A DNA stretch of 64,000 bases from Candidatus Lloydbacteria bacterium (GTDB lineage Bacteria; Patescibacteriota; Minisyncoccia; Phycocordibacterales; UBA6899), in NCBI GenBank assembly GCA_043719805.1, contig JAYSTI010000001.1, forward strand, positions 4,161 through 68,160, read 5' to 3'. The number at the start of each line of letters is the position of its first letter. Position 1 is the stretch's first letter. The position numbers and the translations under genes are program-made. Shown here in pieces: positions 59,429 through 64,000 of this stretch. The notes under the pieces were generated by a model. The model saw only the letters and a program-made list of their open reading frames with translations. It had not been told where the DNA came from and ran no database searches.

Positions 59429-60427
59429 ATGAAAAAATATAAATTTTTAATGCTCGTAATTACTGGGCTTTTTCTTGCAGTTGTCGCTGAAGCGCAGGTG
59501 GGCGACCGAGTGATGGCAGTCCCGCAACCGCCAGTAGTCGTCACGACGACAACAGTCGACTGTCCGACATTCAGCCGAGGGTTTGGTCTTGGTATGAGGG
59601 GAACAGACGTTACGAATATTCAAAACATACTTATTGAGCAAAAATATCTCACCACGCAAGCAACCGGATATTTCGGACCGCTTACAAGAAGTGCGATGAT
59701 GAGATTTCAAAAAGATAGAGGCATTTCCGCTACGGGTTATTTTGGTACACTCTCGATGGCGCATGCGAATAGCACTTGCGGGAAACGAAATGGAGGAAAC
59801 TGGGGAATTCCGGCTACAAAACCGGCGCCATGCATGATGAAACCATGCCTTGAGGGAACTGCTTGCCCCCCTTGCGGAGAGACGACGACACCTCCGCTTA
59901 AGCCCGCGCCATGCCCAATGGTCTTATGTGAGGAAGGAAAAACGTGCCTACCATGTGGAGCCACAACAACACCGCCAATCACGCCTCCGATGCCACCCGT
60001 AGTCTCATGCACAATGGAAGCCCGCTTGTGCCCTGATGGAGGCGTTATGCCCCGAGATAACATTTGCGGATGGCGTCCGGAGCAATGCAAGCCAATCAAA
60101 CCGCTGCCATGCGATATGACAATGTGCGCAGCCGGAACAGCATGTTCACCATGTGGAGGAACAACCGCTCCACCAATGAAGCCACTACCATGCATGATGA
60201 AACCATGCCTTGAGGGAACCACTTGCCCCCCTTGCGGAGGAACGACAACTCCTCCGGAGAAGCCCTTGCCATGTCCAATGATGATGTGCGCGGCACCTCC
60301 AATGGGGTGCACATATCAACCCATCCCTGGTCAATGTGGGTGTGGAATACTTTCGTGCTCAGGAGTTTCGGGAACACCAACCGATATGCCGACTGACCCG
60401 ACCCCACACCCGCTTGAGGTAATGTAA
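59429..60427 (+). CDS. secreted peptidoglycan-binding-domain protein with tandem Cys-rich repeats
   Basis: Signal peptide MKKYKFLMLVITGLFLAVVAEA. A PG_binding_1-like segment (GMRGTDVTNIQNILIEQKYL...GYFGPLTRSAMMRFQ). It is followed by about 5 repeats of KP.PC.M..C.EGT.CPPCG.TTTPP. At DNA level there are near-identical 54-nt direct repeats at 59827-59880 and 60187-60240. Confidence 0.6.
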   Translation: MKKYKFLMLVITGLFLAVVAEAQVGDRVMAVPQPPVVVTTTTVDCPTFSRGFGLGMRGTDVTNIQNILIEQKYLTTQATGYFGPLTRSAMMRFQKDRGISATGYFGTLSMAHANSTCGKRNGGNWGIPATKPAPCMMKPCLEGTACPPCGETTTPPLKPAPCPMVLCEEGKTCLPCGATTTPPITPPMPPVVSCTMEARLCPDGGVMPRDNICGWRPEQCKPIKPLPCDMTMCAAGTACSPCGGTTAPPMKPLPCMMKPCLEGTTCPPCGGTTTPPEKPLPCPMMMCAAPPMGCTYQPIPGQCGCGILSCSGVSGTPTDMPTDPTPHPLEVM

Positions 60428-60596
60428 TCTCATCCACAAAAAACCTCTGTCGTTATTCCGGCAGAGGTTTTTTGTTTAATTTAATCGCGTGAATTTTCAT
60501 TCACCTCTTTTCTCTGTCTTCATCAGAATTTACAATCAATATAGAAGATGTTGAATTACTGGTATACTTGAGTCATTACTATCTATTTATGTAACT

Positions 60597-62186
60597 ATGT
60601 CAAAAAACGTCATTCTTTTTATCATTGGACTCATCGTCGTTTTCGGTGGCTCTGCGTACGTTAATACTCGCACTCCGAGCCTACCTGCTACTCCCGATGC
60701 GACAGAAACAAGAGTAGTGAGTCTCAAGAATGGGGAGACATATGATTTGTCGGCAGGCTACGTGATGAAAACCATAAATGGAAAAAACGTCCGGATGCTC
60801 GCATACAACGGAATGATTCCCGGTCCTACGCTTCGCGTGAATGAAGGTGACCAAGTGACCATTCATTTCACAAACAACACCGACATGTTGACACTTCTTC
60901 ATTCCCACGGAATACGCATGGATAACCAGTTTGACGGCACCCATCTCGTGCAGAAGGATATGCTTCCGGGTGAGTCATTCGATTACCAACTCAGGTTTGA
61001 TGATCCGGGCGCATACTGGTACCATCCGCATGTACGTGCGGACAAACAACAAGAGCTCGGTCTCTATGGCGCATACCTCGTTACGCCAAAAGATGCCAAT
61101 TACTGGCCTCCCGCAGATCGTGAAGAGGTACTTTTTCTTTCGGATATATTGATGGAAGGTGATGGAATCGCCCCATATAGTGACAAATATGTAACACATG
61201 CAATGATGGGTCGCTTCGGAAATACACAACTGGTAAACGGAGAGACAGTATTCAACATGAAAGCTAAACCGGGAGAGGTCCGCCGTCTCTATTTAATAAA
61301 CGCCGCATCAGTCCGCACCTTTAACTTTAGCATCGAGGGCGCGAGAATGAAGCTCGTTGGGAGCGACAACAGGAGGTACGAGAAAGACACGGCAATTGAC
61401 GCGGTGGTCGTCGCGCCGTCTGAACGCATGGTAGTTGACGTATATTTTCCAAACTTCGGTACTTACAAAATTGTCAACAAAACCCCCCTGACTACCTACC
61501 ACCTTGGTGATGTCAATGTATCAAATGAGACTGTTGCTTCGTCGAGTAAGTCATTTGAGGCACTTCGCGAGAACAAATTTGAGATCGACACATTCGCACC
61601 CTTTCGTCGCTATCTTAACAGTACCCCGGATAAACACATTCGACTCACGCTCAATGCAGACATGATGAAAATTATGGGATTCATGGGTAGCGGAATGTCC
61701 GGAATGAGTGGACACGAGCACGGTGGAGACTCATCCACATCAGGTACAAACGCTCCTATGGCGGGAATGATGTCCGGAAAGACGCCGCCACCCGTAGAGT
61801 GGGAAGACAACATGGGAGACATGAACACTTTTTCAACATCGGACACGGTAAAATGGGTCATTCGTGATGAGGAAACCGGAAAGGAAAATATGGATATTGC
61901 GTGGGAGTTCGCGAAGGACAGTCTTGTAAAAATCCGCATCAACAATGATGCGACGTCGATGCACCCAATGCAGCACCCTGTCCACTTCCACGGAAATCGA
62001 TTCGTGGTACTTTCCACAAATGGCATTCCAAACGAAAACATGGCATGGAAGGACACAACGCAGGTGGCGACGGGAGACGTCGTCGATATCCTACTAGAGA
62101 CATCAAACCCAGGGAAATGGATGGCACATTGCCACATTCTCGAACATCTCCACACTGGGATGATGCTTGGGTATGACGTAAGATAA
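60597..62186 (+). CDS. multicopper oxidase (CueO/laccase-like) with Met/Gly-rich insert
   Basis: Copper ligands LHSHGIRM, WYHPHV, HPMQHPVHFHG and HCHILEHLHTGMM. Met-rich MGFMGSGMSGMSGHEHGG region. Confidence 0.85.
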   Translation: MSKNVILFIIGLIVVFGGSAYVNTRTPSLPATPDATETRVVSLKNGETYDLSAGYVMKTINGKNVRMLAYNGMIPGPTLRVNEGDQVTIHFTNNTDMLTLLHSHGIRMDNQFDGTHLVQKDMLPGESFDYQLRFDDPGAYWYHPHVRADKQQELGLYGAYLVTPKDANYWPPADREEVLFLSDILMEGDGIAPYSDKYVTHAMMGRFGNTQLVNGETVFNMKAKPGEVRRLYLINAASVRTFNFSIEGARMKLVGSDNRRYEKDTAIDAVVVAPSERMVVDVYFPNFGTYKIVNKTPLTTYHLGDVNVSNETVASSSKSFEALRENKFEIDTFAPFRRYLNSTPDKHIRLTLNADMMKIMGFMGSGMSGMSGHEHGGDSSTSGTNAPMAGMMSGKTPPPVEWEDNMGDMNTFSTSDTVKWVIRDEETGKENMDIAWEFAKDSLVKIRINNDATSMHPMQHPVHFHGNRFVVLSTNGIPNENMAWKDTTQVATGDVVDILLETSNPGKWMAHCHILEHLHTGMMLGYDVR

Positions 62187-62243
62187 TCCCACTCGCTTAA
62201 GGCGCTAATACGAAGTGTCGAAGCATGATTCAGGTAAACAAAA

Positions 62244-62266
62244 AACGCCTTCACGGCGTTTTTTGT
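62244..62266. terminator. bidirectional rho-independent terminator
   Basis: A-run, stem aacgcc/ggcgtt, T-run. It lies between the convergent MCO and copZ genes. Confidence 0.55.
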
Positions 62267-62267
62267 T

Positions 62268-62480
62268 TTAGCTCGCCTTGTATCCAAGCTCCTCTATTGC
62301 CTTGATGATGGCATCCTTGTTTGTCTTCTCATCGTCATACTCCCAGTCCCCGTTTTTCGCATCGTATGAAACGAAAACGTTGTTGACACCCTCAATACCC
62401 TCTGTAACCATCTGAATTCCCGTCGCACACGATCCGCAGTGCATGCCCACGACGTCCATATGTAATTTTTGTAAAGCCAT
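62268..62480 (-). CDS. copZ: copper chaperone CopZ (HMA domain)
   Basis: GMHCGSCA metal-binding motif. Confidence 0.8.
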   Translation of the reverse strand: MALQKLHMDVVGMHCGSCATGIQMVTEGIEGVNNVFVSYDAKNGDWEYDDEKTNKDAIIKAIEELGYKAS

Positions 62481-62516
62481 GACGTTCTGTATAGAACTAA
62501 TAATCTCACTCGTTGC

Positions 62517-63728
62517 CTATTTTATTTCTCTGATGATATCGGGTCGTTCGGCACCCGTAACCACCAATTCTCCAAGCGCCCCCTTGTCTACTGCGCGCGG
62601 TAGTGCGTGGTCGACAAGCAGAAACTTCCCGGGGACTTCCGTCGTGAATTCTGTCATCATCGCGCCCCCCGCAGGAACTATCGTTGTTTGCACATTGCGG
62701 TGCGGAGCAGAAATAATATCACCTTCGGGATAGAGCTTGTCCATTATCCCCCCAATGACGTGAAAGTTTGACGGAAGGAATGTTCCGACACCAAAAAAGA
62801 TGCGAATCGTTTCACCAACGTTGGCTTTGAGTGCGCGGTCCCCGGTGAGTGAGCCAACGCGCCCGTTGAACACGACGTATTCGGGGTGCTCCATGTCCAT
62901 CTTCTCTTTGCTGAATGCCTGCAATCCCTTGGCTCCGTATTTTCCTGCAGTATAGAACTCTCCCTGCATCACGTAAAATTCCTTATCAACCTTCGCCATA
63001 CCGGCCTTAGGTTCGACGAGGATCATGCCGTACATGCCATTCGCAATGTGCGTGGGAATATGCGCAGATGCACAATGGTAGATATAAATACCTGGGCGCA
63101 TTGCTTTAAATGAGAAAGTTTTTGTTTCACCATCCTTGACCTTCGTCAAACCCGCGCCACCACCTGGGCCAATGACCGAGTGAAGATCGACCGAGTGATC
63201 GGCGTGTGCGTGTGCTTTGTCGGGAGTTGCACCTCCATCCATATGCGCATCATCCTCCGTATCGTCGTGCCCCCCAGCCGCATGTGCTTCTTTTACAGAA
63301 AACGGGCCGGAGAGCGCAAAGGATAGCGGATCGAATTCGGAAGCAGATGCGCTGGCATGCCCAGCTTCACTGTGAAAAATCTTCACTTCGACAGTATCAC
63401 CTTCTTTCACGCGAATAAACTGCCCCGGTACCGTTCGATCGTATGTCCAAAAGTCATACTCGACACCATCCGCAAGTTTGCCGCGAACCGCAATGGCTTC
63501 GAGTGACACTTTTACGGTGGTATTTTCTTTGCGGGTGATTGGTGGAGGAACATCATCTGCGCGACGGCCAATCTCGGCGACCACCGGTATTCCCATTGCC
63601 CCACTTGCCATCGGCATCTGCACCTCTACTGCGCGATTAGTTGCATATGGCGAAATCGTATACTTATAAGTAAATCCAACTGCAAGAAACGCCGCTACTA
63701 CGCCAAGCACTACCCAAAATTGTTTCAT
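62517..63728 (-). CDS. two-domain cupredoxin protein of the copper-containing nitrite reductase (NirK) family / two-domain MCO, with His-rich insert
   Basis: Signal peptide. YIYHCASAHIPTHIANGMYGMILVEP matches the NirK type-1 Cu motif YHCAP.GMVPWHVVSGMNG. His-rich HAAGGHDDTEDDAHMDGGATPDKAHAHADH. Confidence 0.55.
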   Translation of the reverse strand: MKQFWVVLGVVAAFLAVGFTYKYTISPYATNRAVEVQMPMASGAMGIPVVAEIGRRADDVPPPITRKENTTVKVSLEAIAVRGKLADGVEYDFWTYDRTVPGQFIRVKEGDTVEVKIFHSEAGHASASASEFDPLSFALSGPFSVKEAHAAGGHDDTEDDAHMDGGATPDKAHAHADHSVDLHSVIGPGGGAGLTKVKDGETKTFSFKAMRPGIYIYHCASAHIPTHIANGMYGMILVEPKAGMAKVDKEFYVMQGEFYTAGKYGAKGLQAFSKEKMDMEHPEYVVFNGRVGSLTGDRALKANVGETIRIFFGVGTFLPSNFHVIGGIMDKLYPEGDIISAPHRNVQTTIVPAGGAMMTEFTTEVPGKFLLVDHALPRAVDKGALGELVVTGAERPDIIREIK

Positions 63729-63748
63729 ACGTCTAAATTAATTTACTA

Positions 63749-64000
63749 TTAAGCTTGTGTGACCTCTGCATCTTTCTTGCCCTTCATTATTTGTTTTTCG
63801 ATTGGCGGGATGAAGCGCTTCAACATGAGTGAATTCGCCACAACGGAAATCGAGCTGAAGGCCATTGCGAATCCGGCAATTTCAGGACGAAGAACAGTCT
63901 GTGACAAACTAAAGATACCTTTTCCAAGTGCTCCACCAATCTTATCGGTAAATGTGATAACCCATGGCGCCGCCTGACCTGCTGTCTGCGTGAGCATAAG
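63749..64000 (-). CDS. copA: copper-translocating P-type ATPase, C-terminal end (partial, gene continues beyond window)
   Basis: The last TM AMAFSSISVVANSLMLKRF is typical of P1B-ATPases. The ORF runs off the window end. Confidence 0.55.
   Translation of the reverse strand, partial: LMLTQTAGQAAPWVITFTDKIGGALGKGIFSLSQTVLRPEIAGFAMAFSSISVVANSLMLKRFIPPIEKQIMKGKKDAEVTQA

Noticed and set aside
59737-60312. 191-aa minus-strand ORF
   Set aside because: Antisense of the Cys-rich repeat gene. The repeat DNA creates long open frames on both strands. The plus frame has a signal peptide and a PG-binding domain.
1-64000. Search for rRNA, tRNA and CRISPR arrays
   Set aside because: No stretch resembling 16S/23S/5S, no tRNA T-arm/anticodon architecture, and no spaced short direct-repeat array was recognised by eye. 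A tRNAscan/Infernal run would be definitive.

Overview
This 64 kb window is a bacterial chromosomal segment with about 50% GC overall and several AT-rich and GC-rich patches. I infer from gene content that it comes from a small-genome, possibly uncultivated, Patescibacteria/CPR-like bacterium.

The housekeeping core that I recognise by motif includes:
- rpoB-rpoC-dnaG-rpoD on the minus strand
- a dispersed suf Fe-S cluster (sufB, sufD, sufS, sufU, sufC, sufT/DUF59)
- gmk, nadK, engB/ysxC, maf and anmK
- a cyclophilin and a NUDIX hydrolase
- a methyl-accepting chemotaxis protein and two tandem single-domain CheY-like response regulators

The accessory content includes:
- a MacA-MacB efflux operon whose permease is frameshifted
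- a dense thiol-disulfide theme: DsbB with a thioredoxin partner, a cysteine-less CcdA-like membrane protein with a CxxC mini-thioredoxin, and DsbA
- a copper cluster: multicopper oxidase, CopZ, a NirK-like cupredoxin protein, and the copA 3' end
- two type II toxin-antitoxin pairs (Doc/Fic with an HTH antitoxin, and DinJ-YafQ) in AT-rich islands
- a secreted Cys-rich tandem-repeat protein with a peptidoglycan-binding domain
- an S8 protease
- a GC-rich island of small SD-driven genes

The most unusual items are:
- an isolated 557-aa protein with an IS1595/InsA-type zinc ribbon, an unknown middle domain and a calcineurin-like phosphoesterase domain, next to a near-consensus sigma70 promoter that drives a noncoding structured transcript
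- a P-loop kinase-like fusion protein in the dsb operon
- several structured noncoding elements and palindromic operators

I found no rRNA, tRNA or CRISPR array. All functional calls are from motif recognition by eye and no database search was run.
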